A DNA stretch of 53,852 nucleotides from a virus (taxonomy: Duplodnaviria > Caudoviricetes): positions 1 to 53,852 of IMG/VR virus record IMGVR_UViG_3300009428_000011; one strand, written 5' to 3'. Below are positions 1 through 8,149 of the stretch, one piece after another. The position numbers were made by a program, and so were the translations under genes. Position 1 is the first letter of the stretch, and each line of letters begins with the position of its first letter. Below the pieces are notes generated by a model. It saw only the letters and a program-made list of their open reading frames with translations, did no database searches and was not told the DNA's origin.

Positions 1-1
1 G

Positions 2-133
2 CCCCATACCTGAGCCTTTGCCAACATGAGCAAGTACAACTGTTTCGGGATTGCGGTTGCATACGCCAGGTATACGCACTTGGCATTGCTGGCCGCGTGC
101 ACTATTTCTTATTTTTTTACTAATGAGCGACAT
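2..133 (-). CDS. DUF1364/YbcO-like Zn-binding putative nuclease (5' part; runs off window edge)
   Basis: Manual translation MSLISKKIRNSARGQQCQVRIPGVCNRNPETVVLAHVGKGSGMG carries the ARGxxCxVRIPGVCxxNPETVVLAH motif of lambdoid nin-region proteins. Confidence 0.85.
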   Translation of the reverse strand, partial: MSLISKKIRNSARGQQCQVRIPGVCNRNPETVVLAHVGKGSGMG

Positions 134-572
134 TGTTTGACTCCCCATACATAGCTAAGTGATAAAGATCGTCCGGCTGTGGTAGTAAAAGCTCTAAATA
201 TTCAGCGCAGTATTGCTCTAACCAATTTAGATACTCGCAAAACTCTTTTGTGTTTAGCTTGCGCGTTCGCTTGCGCACGATAATTGGTTCCTCGTTGCCG
301 GCTTGAATAACTTTTACACCAAACTTTCTACGCACAAATACTTCGTGTACGTCCTCTGAGCTATTTTCTTGCCCGTAGTGCTCACGAAAATAATCAGCAA
401 TTATCTGGTTCCACATCCAAAGCAGTCTGTTTTGAGCTAAAGAGCGCTTAGCTTTATGCTCTTTAAACTCAATGACAACGTTTTTGCCTTGCTTTAAAAG
501 CGCCCTTACCGCCTGCCCTATTTGGGGCATGAAGTATTGGGCGTTAGTAGTGGTTACTACTTTCTTTGCCAT
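120..572 (-). CDS. ninB: NinB/YbcN-family recombination protein
   Basis: KRSLAQNRLLWMW motif and C-terminal RTRKLNTKEFCEYL; nin-region position. Confidence 0.75.
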   Translation of the reverse strand: MAKKVVTTTNAQYFMPQIGQAVRALLKQGKNVVIEFKEHKAKRSLAQNRLLWMWNQIIADYFREHYGQENSSEDVHEVFVRRKFGVKVIQAGNEEPIIVRKRTRKLNTKEFCEYLNWLEQYCAEYLELLLPQPDDLYHLAMYGESNNVAH

Positions 573-889
573 TACGCGGCCTTATCTGCTTTTTTAGCTG
601 GTTCGACCTTTGTCTCGCTCTCTTGTGCTGCTAACGCTTCTTTTTGTGCTTGCACTAAAATGTGTGCACCAATTGATATAAGCGCATCACGCACTTGACG
701 GTCTAAGCCGTATTTTTCAGCTAGTACAGCTGTGCACTTGGTTAAGTTAGAAAATGCTGCGTCATGGTTTACCGCTGCACCGTCCTGAATTGCTTTTGTA
801 GCCTGTGCTTTTGAATTTGAGATAAACCCATCACAAAAAACCTCGCCGGCTGGTGATAACTGAGTAAGTGTGCTTTTTTTGGTAGTCAT
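572..889 (-). CDS. hypothetical protein
   Basis: 105-aa ORF with GGAG RBS, coupled to the downstream gene. Confidence 0.75.
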   Translation of the reverse strand: MTTKKSTLTQLSPAGEVFCDGFISNSKAQATKAIQDGAAVNHDAAFSNLTKCTAVLAEKYGLDRQVRDALISIGAHILVQAQKEALAAQESETKVEPAKKADKAA

Positions 890-898
890 AATTAGCTC

Positions 899-1330
899 CT
901 AAGCTGTTTTTCTTGCATTGTTAAATGTTTTTTCTAGTTGCTCGTTAAGTGAGAAACCTTGATTAGCCGGCACCTTCTTTGATGTGAAGTTGCCAGGGCT
1001 CGCTTTAACGTCTTGCATACGATTGGCCGCTTGCCTGTTTTGGCTGTGCGACTTGTTACGCTGTGCATGTTTGTTTTTTGCGGCCTCTTTTTGGTCCTTG
1101 ATGTACTGCGGTACGCTATCAACGCCACACGCTTTAGCTGCTTTTGCCATTGCGCGATTAGCTTCTGCTGTTGCAAAGCCTAATTGCTTTGGTGTCGGGT
1201 TTTTAATTCCGCCCAGGGCTGCGGCCTTTGCTTGTTGCGCGTCTGCTAAAGCGGCTTGATAGTGAACGCCTAAAATTTCTTTTAAGGCTCGAATAAATTC
1301 TTTTTGATCTTGCTCGTATGATTTAGCCAT
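899..1330 (-). CDS. hypothetical basic protein
   Basis: 143-aa ORF filling the operon between P and the next gene. Confidence 0.75.
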   Translation of the reverse strand: MAKSYEQDQKEFIRALKEILGVHYQAALADAQQAKAAALGGIKNPTPKQLGFATAEANRAMAKAAKACGVDSVPQYIKDQKEAAKNKHAQRNKSHSQNRQAANRMQDVKASPGNFTSKKVPANQGFSLNEQLEKTFNNARKTA

Positions 1331-1333
1331 GGC

Positions 1334-1906
1334 TTAACCTACGTACTTCAAGTAAGCCGGCGGCTCGTTAAACTCGATTTTTAGCGGTATCGGACTTAAC
1401 TCATTCTTGCCGTACTTATCAGCAAGTTTTGTATATCGGTCCTTAGCCATCTTTTGCCATGAGCTATCCGCTAGCGTTGCGCGAGCTGCTGCGATTTGCT
1501 GGTTAAGCCAATAAACTAAAGGCTCCGACCATTCTTTATCCTTGCCGTAATTTTTAATGCGCTGCTCGTTCATTTCAGCAATGCACTGTTCTAGCGTTGG
1601 CATTCCGCGTGCCTGTAAGCATAAAATTTTAAATTCGATAGGATTTGGCGCGTGTCGTTCCGTTGCTGATCTTAATCGGGCAGCATCAAGCGCCATGCGA
1701 ACGTGCTTAGCAACAATGCCCATACCGTAAAGCTGGCTAGCGTACTCATTTGCAAATAACGCTAGGTTGCCGCGCCAATTAAAATCGCTGTTTGGGTAGT
1801 AAGCTTTAAGTCCTGGTAACACTTCGTCACCAATGATTTTAATAAGCACGCTGTTTGCTTGTGGCTTATCGCCATGCTGGATTGTTGGTAACTGGTTATT
1901 CATCAC
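1334..1906 (-). CDS. lambda P-like replication (helicase loader) protein
   Basis: Follows O with a 4-bp overlap. The PNPIEFKILC..GMPT and WSEPLVYW motifs resemble the lambda-P family. Confidence 0.65.
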   Translation of the reverse strand: MMNNQLPTIQHGDKPQANSVLIKIIGDEVLPGLKAYYPNSDFNWRGNLALFANEYASQLYGMGIVAKHVRMALDAARLRSATERHAPNPIEFKILCLQARGMPTLEQCIAEMNEQRIKNYGKDKEWSEPLVYWLNQQIAAARATLADSSWQKMAKDRYTKLADKYGKNELSPIPLKIEFNEPPAYLKYVG

Positions 1907-2805
1907 AACACCTCGTCGTCATGTGGTGAAGGAATGTGAGAAAGTGAGTCCTGCAAGTAAGCCAGCTGATCGCCGATGTTGTTTGATGGGCGTTGGCCAG
2001 TGTTTGAATATTGAGTTTGGTTCGCGTTAGCTATCCAAGAATATTTAAAACCTTGCCAATTTCTCGTTATGCACTCTGACAAACAATCATCAACACTAAG
2101 CCCATGATCGAATGCGATTTGAAATTGCTTACCGAAGTTGTTGATCACGGTTTGGCTAACACTGGCTTTTTTGGTTTTACGCATTGCTATCCAATCATCA
2201 AAAATTTGATTGCTAGGCAGTGCCGGCCAAGTGGAAAAATCCAAAGTTTCTAAAAGACTTTTTTTATTTATTTTTTTAGTTATTTCTTTTGTAATAGTTT
2301 CTTTCTTTTGTGTTACCCGTTTTTGGGTAAGTTTTTCCCCGTTTTCGGGTAAGTCGTTACCCGTTTTTGGGTAAGTTTTTCCCCGTTTTCGGGTAAGTTT
2401 GCTTTTACCCGTTTTTGGGTAAGTTTTACCCCATTCTGATACAACAGGATTAACGCCAATGTTTCGGCCATCAACACATAAAACGCCTTTTTCAATAAGC
2501 GTATTTTTAATCTCGCTAATGTGTGATTGCGAAATTCCTGTTAGCTCACTTAATTGAACGTTGTTGATCCAATCAGTTTTTTTATGCCAGCGAAAAGTTT
2601 TTCCAATAACTGCGTTTATTATTTGGAACTCTCTCCCGCTTAATTTTACCGGTGGCTTTGCTAGAGTATTAGTAAGCATGTGCGCAACTCTGTCATAGCC
2701 ATCTTCAATATCTGCTTTCACATAATCACCTGGTTTATGCTCATGCTGATTCACCTCTTTGCAAGGTGGTTCAGGGAACTTGTAAACTTCTGCTAAATTA
2801 GCCAT
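1903..2805 (-). CDS. lambda O-like replication initiator
   Basis: N-terminal KADIEDGYDRVA..LSGREFQII..KTFRWHKKTDWI wHTH; C-terminal NWQGF motif; contains internal iterons. Confidence 0.9.
   Translation of the reverse strand: MANLAEVYKFPEPPCKEVNQHEHKPGDYVKADIEDGYDRVAHMLTNTLAKPPVKLSGREFQIINAVIGKTFRWHKKTDWINNVQLSELTGISQSHISEIKNTLIEKGVLCVDGRNIGVNPVVSEWGKTYPKTGKSKLTRKRGKTYPKTGNDLPENGEKLTQKRVTQKKETITKEITKKINKKSLLETLDFSTWPALPSNQIFDDWIAMRKTKKASVSQTVINNFGKQFQIAFDHGLSVDDCLSECITRNWQGFKYSWIANANQTQYSNTGQRPSNNIGDQLAYLQDSLSHIPSPHDDEVL
2250..2423. repeat. Replication origin: five 19-bp iterons plus adjacent AT-rich tract
   Basis: TTACCCGTTTTTGGGTAAG at 2313, 2357 and 2405 alternates with TTCCCCGTTTTCGGGTAAG at 2335 and 2379 (spacing 22, 22, 22, 26). 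A very T-rich tract lies at ~2250-2310. All are inside O, as in lambda ori. Confidence 0.9.
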
Positions 2806-2866
2806 AATTACCTCGTTGAATTGAAACCCGCTATCTTGCCTCCTAAGCTGATGCGGGTTTTGTTTT
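2780..2866 (+). ncRNA. oop-like small antisense RNA with its promoter and terminator
   Basis: TTGTAA(2780)-17bp-CATAAT(2803) overlaps the O start codon on the opposite strand. The RNA would start near GTTGAA (~2815) and end at hairpin AAACCCGC...GCGGGTTT followed by TGTTTT. Confidence 0.5.
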
Positions 2867-3083
2867 ACCTGCGAGTTGCGTAGTTTCTGCTACGTAACTC
2901 GCGCATTTCTGCACAACCAATACATAAATTGGTTTTAATAGCCTTTCTACGGGCCTCTTGAATTTCATTACCGCACTCAATGCAATCATCTGTTGGATTA
3001 ACTTCCGGCTGCTTTAAGTTGGCAATCAAGCGCGACTCCACTTGTTCTATTTCTAATTGCGCTACGTCTGCGTGATCAGCCAT
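2865..3083 (-). CDS. TraR/DksA-family C4 zinc-finger protein
   Basis: N-terminal DxxDxA (MADHADVAQ) and CIECG..I.EARR.A....LCIGC; 72 aa. Confidence 0.9.
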   Translation of the reverse strand: MADHADVAQLEIEQVESRLIANLKQPEVNPTDDCIECGNEIQEARRKAIKTNLCIGCAEMRELRSRNYATRR

Positions 3084-3608
3084 TTACGCCACCTTTAACG
3101 CTGTTGCTTTAGCTGCTGGCTCATTAGGATCAGGTCTAACCATCTGCTCAATCTCAGCGATAAGTTGAAGCGCAGTAGTAATAATTGAATCACCATTTTT
3201 TTGAATATCATTAAAATCAGATTGCGTAATGAAGCCTTTTTGACGAGCAAGGCGAAACGTTTTAGCAAAATCACCCATTGTTTCTTGTTGCTTTAAAAGC
3301 TGATCCGCAACCTCCTCATCTGACAAACCAGCATCCGGCAAATCTATAATTGTCTTGCCTTCGCTATGGGCCCAGGCGTTTAAAATGCGACAGTCGTTAG
3401 TGATATTCTGAATGGCAATTGCTTCTTGCAGTGTTAATACATGCGAATCAATATTTGTATTTAGCTTATTGCTAAGTGTTGTTGGTGACTTAGCCATAAC
3501 GCGCGCAATTTCAGACACATTAAAGTCGCTAGCAATACTTGCCGCTGCTTCAAGTGGGCATCGAGCGCTTGGTTTTGCGTTTCTCGTACTCTTTTTAGAT
3601 AAAAGCAT
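3084..3608 (-). CDS. phage CII-family regulatory protein
   Basis: HTH IARVMAKSPTTLSNKLN..HVLTLQEA typical of 186/YmfL-type CII; lies directly downstream of cro. Confidence 0.75.
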   Translation of the reverse strand: MLLSKKSTRNAKPSARCPLEAAASIASDFNVSEIARVMAKSPTTLSNKLNTNIDSHVLTLQEAIAIQNITNDCRILNAWAHSEGKTIIDLPDAGLSDEEVADQLLKQQETMGDFAKTFRLARQKGFITQSDFNDIQKNGDSIITTALQLIAEIEQMVRPDPNEPAAKATALKVA

Positions 3609-3619
3609 TTATAGTTTTC

Positions 3620-3826
3620 CTATGCTGCTGACTCAGGTTGCTCATCTTCGTATAAAGACAGATCAACTTTTAATTGTCCGCCTGTAATAAGCTGAAGCTC
3701 ACAGGCCCTGCCTTTTGGCAATCGACCTGCCTCTACCCACGGGGTGATCGCGCCGCGAGTTAATTTTAAAGCTCTGGCTAGTGCCGCTTTAGTTTTGTAG
3801 TAATCAATAGCGTCTTGAGTTTTCAT
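3620..3826 (-). CDS. cro: Cro-like repressor
   Basis: 68-aa HTH (KAALARALKLTRGAITPW..P..RACELQLITGGQLK), divergent from cI. Confidence 0.9.
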   Translation of the reverse strand: MKTQDAIDYYKTKAALARALKLTRGAITPWVEAGRLPKGRACELQLITGGQLKVDLSLYEDEQPESAA

Positions 3827-3851
3827 AAAGCGCTCCTTAGTTTGCGTTTTT

Positions 3852-3927
3852 TGTATAATAGGTTATACACGGCAATTGTTCAACACAAATAAACAAACTT
3901 TAAATACAATGTATAGATAACTAAACA
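3852..3927. promoter_or_regulatory. OR operators and PR promoter
   Basis: 18-bp palindromes TGTATAA-TAGG-TTATACA (3852-3869) and TGTATAG-ATAA-CTAAACA (3910-3927). Minus-strand promoter TTGAAC(3883-3878)-17bp-TATTAT(3860-3855) precedes cro. Confidence 0.8.
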
Positions 3928-3940
3928 CTTTTGGATTGTT

Positions 3941-4582
3941 ATGAGTTTCTCAGAAAGATTAATATCTCGAATGAATACCTTGGGAGTAAAAGGAAGTGAA
4001 CTAGCAAGGCAGCTTGGTACTGGTAGAGCTTCTGTTAGTCATTGGCGAACTGGTCAAGTCGCTCCATCTAGTGAGAACCTATTAAAACTATCGAAAGCAT
4101 TGAGATGCAATGCTAGGTGGCTTGCGTCCGGCGTTGGCACACCAGAAGGGAATGTAGAATTAGAGCTTGGGCCAGATCTAAGAGGTAAAGCTCCTTTAAT
4201 ATCTTGGGTTCAAGCAGGAAAATGGAAAGAAATAGATATGGCAGGCTTGCGCCAAACTGAAACGGTGTTTTATCAGCACACTGCAAATGTTAGCGATGAG
4301 GCGTTTGCGTTACGCGTCAAGGGTGACAGTATGACCTCTTTTAATGGAGGTAAATCAATTCCTGAAGGTTCGGTTATTATTGTCGATCCCAACGTACCAG
4401 CAGAGCATGGCAAAGTTGTTGTTGCGCGACTGGAAGAAAGCAACGAGGCAACATTAAAGCAACTGGTTATTGATGGCGGGGTTAAATACTTAAAGCCTTT
4501 CAATAGCAGTTATCCAACAATGCCGATAAATGGTAACTGCACAATTATTGGCGTGGTTAAGCAGCTGATTCAAGATTTTTAA
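3941..4582 (+). CDS. cI: CI repressor (XRE HTH + S24 autopeptidase)
   Basis: N-terminal HTH; Ala-Gly cleavage site (VQAG); catalytic Ser (GDSM) and Lys (TLKQL). Confidence 0.95.
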   Translation: MSFSERLISRMNTLGVKGSELARQLGTGRASVSHWRTGQVAPSSENLLKLSKALRCNARWLASGVGTPEGNVELELGPDLRGKAPLISWVQAGKWKEIDMAGLRQTETVFYQHTANVSDEAFALRVKGDSMTSFNGGKSIPEGSVIIVDPNVPAEHGKVVVARLEESNEATLKQLVIDGGVKYLKPFNSSYPTMPINGNCTIIGVVKQLIQDF

Positions 4583-4606
4583 CTTTACTAAAAAAGGCAG
4601 TTAGTA

Positions 4607-4798
4607 ATGAGTCAAAAAATAAGAAACATAGGAACCGCGATCGCGATTTTATCCTTCATAGCAATAGTTGGCGCGCACACCTATTTAACACCTAAAAATG
4701 CAAATGAGTGCATCCTAGCGAATATTGAAAATGCAAATTCAGATATGGCAGCAAAGGCCATTGTTCACTCTTGCAATAATTTATACAGCAAAAAATAA
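4607..4798 (+). CDS. small membrane-anchored protein with a two-Cys motif
   Basis: N-terminal TM helix, then ANECILANIENANSDMAAKAIVHSC; co-oriented with cI. Confidence 0.7.
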   Translation: MSQKIRNIGTAIAILSFIAIVGAHTYLTPKNANECILANIENANSDMAAKAIVHSCNNLYSKK

Positions 4799-4814
4799 TA
4801 GTCGAGGTTTGAAA

Positions 4815-5117
4815 GTGAATAAAAACATATTGCCAGTTATATTAATTTTTACTGTTACTGGATGCGCCTCAAGCAAAGCTATAGGCACAATTAAAGAAAC
4901 CAGCGCAAAAAATGTAGAGTATTGCGATTATATAGCCAATGTTAGCGGCACCTCTGGCTGGGGCGGGCTCGCTGCTTCTTCCGGGATTGAAAACGCTAAG
5001 GAGCAAGCAAAACAAAAAGCGATTGATTCCGGGGCCACACATATCGTATGGCAAAATATTAATGGTGGTTACTCGCCTAGCGTTTCAGCCAACACGTATA
5101 AGTGCGAAACAAAATAA
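4815..5117 (+). CDS. lipoprotein (DUF4156/RcsF-YbjQ-like fold suspected)
   Basis: GTG start after GAGG RBS; signal peptide with lipobox VTG-C; ENAKEQAKQKAIDSGATHIV pattern. Confidence 0.75.
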   Translation: MNKNILPVILIFTVTGCASSKAIGTIKETSAKNVEYCDYIANVSGTSGWGGLAASSGIENAKEQAKQKAIDSGATHIVWQNINGGYSPSVSANTYKCETK

Positions 5118-5147
5118 ACCGCTGACAACAGTGCTTAACACCCCACT

Positions 5148-5172
5148 GCGCCTATCAAGGCGCTTTTTTTTT
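5148..5172 (+). terminator. intrinsic terminator of the cI operon
   Basis: GCGCCT-ATCA-AGGCGC followed by T9. Confidence 0.85.
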
Positions 5173-5180
5173 GCCTCTTT

Positions 5181-5259
5181 TGTATAAATAATTAAACAAT
5201 TCTGTTGACCGGCCTGTATAAATGGTTATACTCATCATCATTGTATAAAGAATTAAACA
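5181..5259 (+). promoter_or_regulatory. OL operators (three) and PL promoter
   Basis: TGTATAA-N4-TTA(A/T)AC(A/T) at 5181-5198, 5215-5232 and 5242-5259, the same consensus as OR. TTGACC(5205)-16bp-TATACT(5227). Confidence 0.85.
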
Positions 5260-5273
5260 AAGTTGGGGTTTAT

Positions 5274-5567
5274 ATGGATAACAATTCTCAAACACCTAGT
5301 CGATTATCACTTGAAGTAAAAACGCTTATAGCAACGCTTACGGCTGAATCATTCAACTTTAGAAGTCGCGTGCATGTAAACGTTGTTACTAATGCAAATG
5401 ACCCATCTATTAGTGTTTTTATTTATGTTGACGGCAAGTGTGAAAAGTCTTTCTTAACAATGCTTAACGAAGAAAATGCGGCAACAGAATTAAAGAAAGT
5501 GCTTGATGCGACAAGAGAAAGCAAGCGCATAGGCACTTACACCCTACCTACTCTACTAGCGAGCTAG
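5274..5567 (+). CDS. hypothetical protein, first gene of the PL operon
   Basis: ATG at 5274 after GGGG RBS. The track's 5205 TTG start is the -35 box. Confidence 0.7.
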   Translation: MDNNSQTPSRLSLEVKTLIATLTAESFNFRSRVHVNVVTNANDPSISVFIYVDGKCEKSFLTMLNEENAATELKKVLDATRESKRIGTYTLPTLLAS

Positions 5568-5571
5568 ACCA

Positions 5572-6510
5572 ATGAGCAACGCAAAAACATCAGCAGAGAT
5601 CCAACGCTTATTAGCCGACCCATTTGAAGCGCACGATATTGAATGGCGCGTTCAACAAAGTGGCGTATCTGGCAAGAGTAAGCCTTGGGTAATGGTTATC
5701 CCTTACATCACTAACCGCGCCATTCAACAACGCTTAGACGATGTTGTCGGCATTGATGGATGGAAAAACGAATATAAAGAAGCCGCGGGCGGCAAAGGCT
5801 ACTTGTGTGGTTTAAGTGTTCGCTTTGGCGATAACTGGATCACTAAATGGGACGGTTCAGAGTATTCGCAAATTGAATCGTTAAAAGGTGCTTTATCTGG
5901 CGCTATGAAGCGTACAGCGGTGCAATTTGGCATTGGTCGCTACCTTTACTCACTTGACACCGAGTTTGCAACATGTGCACCGGTTGAAAGCCGATTTGTA
6001 GCTAACGGCGAGTTTATCAACATACCGCTTAATAAGAGCAATAAAAACGGCCCTCGCATGAGTGCAGAGTGGTTCCCGCCTGAATTACCTGATTGGGCGC
6101 TACCTAAAGCTAAGTTTGATAAGTACCTAGATGCTATCGAGCAAGCAACCAGCTTATTAACACTGCGCGAACATTACGAGCAGGCTTATAAATTTGCCGC
6201 TGTCGTTAATCGCATTGATATACGCGATAAAGCAATTGAAATAAAAGATCGCAAAAAAGCAGAGCTTGAAGCTAAAGAGCAAGAAAACACCTTGAACGAA
6301 AACAAGAAGTTTCACGCCTGGCTTAATCAATCTATCAAAGATCGCATTGTAACTGCGGAAAACGAATCAGTATTAAATTTGAACCATAAGCACTTATTAC
6401 AAGAGCTAAAAGGTCATTGTCGAGCAACCAAAGTAGATAGCAGTAACTTTGTAGCTCAAGTCAACCAAGCGCATACAGAGGCGCTAAACAAACTTAAAAA
6501 CGGAGTATAA
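5572..6510 (+). CDS. Rad52/Rad22-family (Sak-like) ssDNA annealing protein
   Basis: DIEWRV..YITNRAIQQRLDDVVG..W and KGALSGAMKRTAVQFGIGRYLY motifs. Confidence 0.9.
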   Translation: MSNAKTSAEIQRLLADPFEAHDIEWRVQQSGVSGKSKPWVMVIPYITNRAIQQRLDDVVGIDGWKNEYKEAAGGKGYLCGLSVRFGDNWITKWDGSEYSQIESLKGALSGAMKRTAVQFGIGRYLYSLDTEFATCAPVESRFVANGEFINIPLNKSNKNGPRMSAEWFPPELPDWALPKAKFDKYLDAIEQATSLLTLREHYEQAYKFAAVVNRIDIRDKAIEIKDRKKAELEAKEQENTLNENKKFHAWLNQSIKDRIVTAENESVLNLNHKHLLQELKGHCRATKVDSSNFVAQVNQAHTEALNKLKNGV

Positions 6511-6512
6511 CC

Positions 6513-7700
6513 ATGGCTAACAATCAAAGTACAGCAACCAACTTAGTAGAAGTTGTTTACCAGGAAGATTTAACCAAGAAAGGGCTATCTGATTTACGCA
6601 AGCAATACCCTACGTCGTTTTCGCTTGATATGTCTGACGAGGACGAGTTTAAGCAAGGCCGTAAAATACGCACTGAGCGCAACAAGCTGGTTAAATCAAT
6701 TAACGATCGCCGCATTGGATTCACTAACGAGCTTAAAGCCTACGGCGACGAATTAATATCTAAAATTGATGTGATTTACGATCCAATCATTAACGCTTTT
6801 GAGCTTGAAGATAAACGCCGCAAAGAAGAAGCCGCACGCATCGCTAAAGAGCGTGAAGCATTTTTAAATAAGCAGCGTGAAGAAATAGCGCAAATGAGCA
6901 GCTTTGTTGACCAATGCAAAAATCAAGGTTCACAGTTTATTGCTGACACAATCGAGGCCGTTGATCTTGTTGATACCGAAGCGTTCGACAAAGAGCTTAT
7001 TCACGAAGCTATCGACACCAAGAAAAACATTATTGAAGCGCTTAACAGCATGTATCAAGCGGCTAAAGCAGCAGAAGCGGTAGCAGCAGAGCGCGAGCAG
7101 TTACGCATTCAGCAAGAAGCCATTGCACAGCAAGAGCGCTTACAAAAGCAAGCGCAAGAAATTGGCGAACGCATTAACAACCTTCGCAATGATCCAATGA
7201 ATTACTTCGATAAATCTAGCGCAGAGATAGCCGCTCGCATTGAGAAGTTAGACCAGTTCACGCCTACCAATGAAAAGTTTGGTAATCGCCTTGATGAAGT
7301 TATTCAAGTGTTAGCTCAAGTTATTCAACAGCTAAAAATGATGCACCAACAAAAGATACAACTTGAGTCTGTAGCCGTCACTGCAGCGCCAGAGCCGCAA
7401 GCTCAAGTAAGCCAAGAACCGGTTGAGCAAAGCGCACCTATTGAACAGCAAGAGCATGAAGCGCTAACCGAAGTAAACCGCATGTTAGACCAAGACGAGC
7501 CTTTGCTTGGAAATGAGTTTAAGTCAGCAGTGTTTGAAAATACAAGCGCGCCTACAGGTTATACGCCTCTTTCATTATGGCCTAGCAGCCAGGACCGCGC
7601 AGACAATGACGAGCTAGACCGTGTTTGTGACCAATTAGACATAGCAGAAAGCTACATCGAAGTATTAGAGCAGCGCTTAAACAAAGCGCACGCAGCATAA
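6513..7700 (+). CDS. coiled-coil hypothetical protein
   Basis: 395 aa, E/Q/K/A-rich heptads, GGAG RBS. Confidence 0.8.
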   Translation: MANNQSTATNLVEVVYQEDLTKKGLSDLRKQYPTSFSLDMSDEDEFKQGRKIRTERNKLVKSINDRRIGFTNELKAYGDELISKIDVIYDPIINAFELEDKRRKEEAARIAKEREAFLNKQREEIAQMSSFVDQCKNQGSQFIADTIEAVDLVDTEAFDKELIHEAIDTKKNIIEALNSMYQAAKAAEAVAAEREQLRIQQEAIAQQERLQKQAQEIGERINNLRNDPMNYFDKSSAEIAARIEKLDQFTPTNEKFGNRLDEVIQVLAQVIQQLKMMHQQKIQLESVAVTAAPEPQAQVSQEPVEQSAPIEQQEHEALTEVNRMLDQDEPLLGNEFKSAVFENTSAPTGYTPLSLWPSSQDRADNDELDRVCDQLDIAESYIEVLEQRLNKAHAA

Positions 7701-7758
7701 GTTTCCAACTCCGACCGAGTAAGCGCCTTCGGGCGCAAGCTCTTTTAATGAGGTTTAT

Positions 7759-7998
7759 ATGAAAGATTCAAGAGTTCCACAATTAAGAATGGTCGAGCAT
7801 TTACGCTGTGATGATATTCGATTTGGCCTAGCCATCGTTAAAGCGTCTAAGTTCCAGGGCTCAGAAGGCTGGACGTTGCCTGGCTGTAAATTCACTCGCA
7901 ATAGAATTGAAGCCTATAACGTGTGTAAAAAGATACACAACATAATTGAAGCCGCAGGCGGTATTCCATTAGTAGCAAAAATTAAGCGAGCAGCCTAA
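7759..7998 (+). CDS. DUF1317-like small phage protein
   Basis: GWTLPG...RNRIEA motif; GAGG RBS. Confidence 0.6.
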   Translation: MKDSRVPQLRMVEHLRCDDIRFGLAIVKASKFQGSEGWTLPGCKFTRNRIEAYNVCKKIHNIIEAAGGIPLVAKIKRAA

Positions 7999-8141
7999 TG
8001 ATGCACGACTACATGGCAATAACCGGAAACAGCTCAAGCGCACAGGAAAAGCAGAAGCGCAGAGATTTTATAAAGATGGTAGCAGTAAATACAGTGCGCG
8101 TTTTAGTGCTAGCCATGATCGTTTTAATAACAACTAAGTAG
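7998..8141 (+). CDS. 47-aa small membrane protein (not in ORF track)
   Basis: TAATG coupling to the upstream gene; [47 protein letters not shown] with a hydrophobic C-terminus. Confidence 0.55.
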   Translation: MMHDYMAITGNSSSAQEKQKRRDFIKMVAVNTVRVLVLAMIVLITTK

Positions 8142-8149
8142 GCATAACA

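Noticed and set aside
2313-2495. 60-aa ORF with repeated LTQKRV/LPENG, and a CRISPR-like look of the repeats
   Set aside because: Alternate-frame reading of the ori iterons inside O. The spacers are only 3-7 bp, so this is not a CRISPR array.
5205-5273. N-terminal extension of ORF 5205..5567
   Set aside because: The TTG is the PL -35 box and the stretch consists of operators. ATG 5274 has the RBS.
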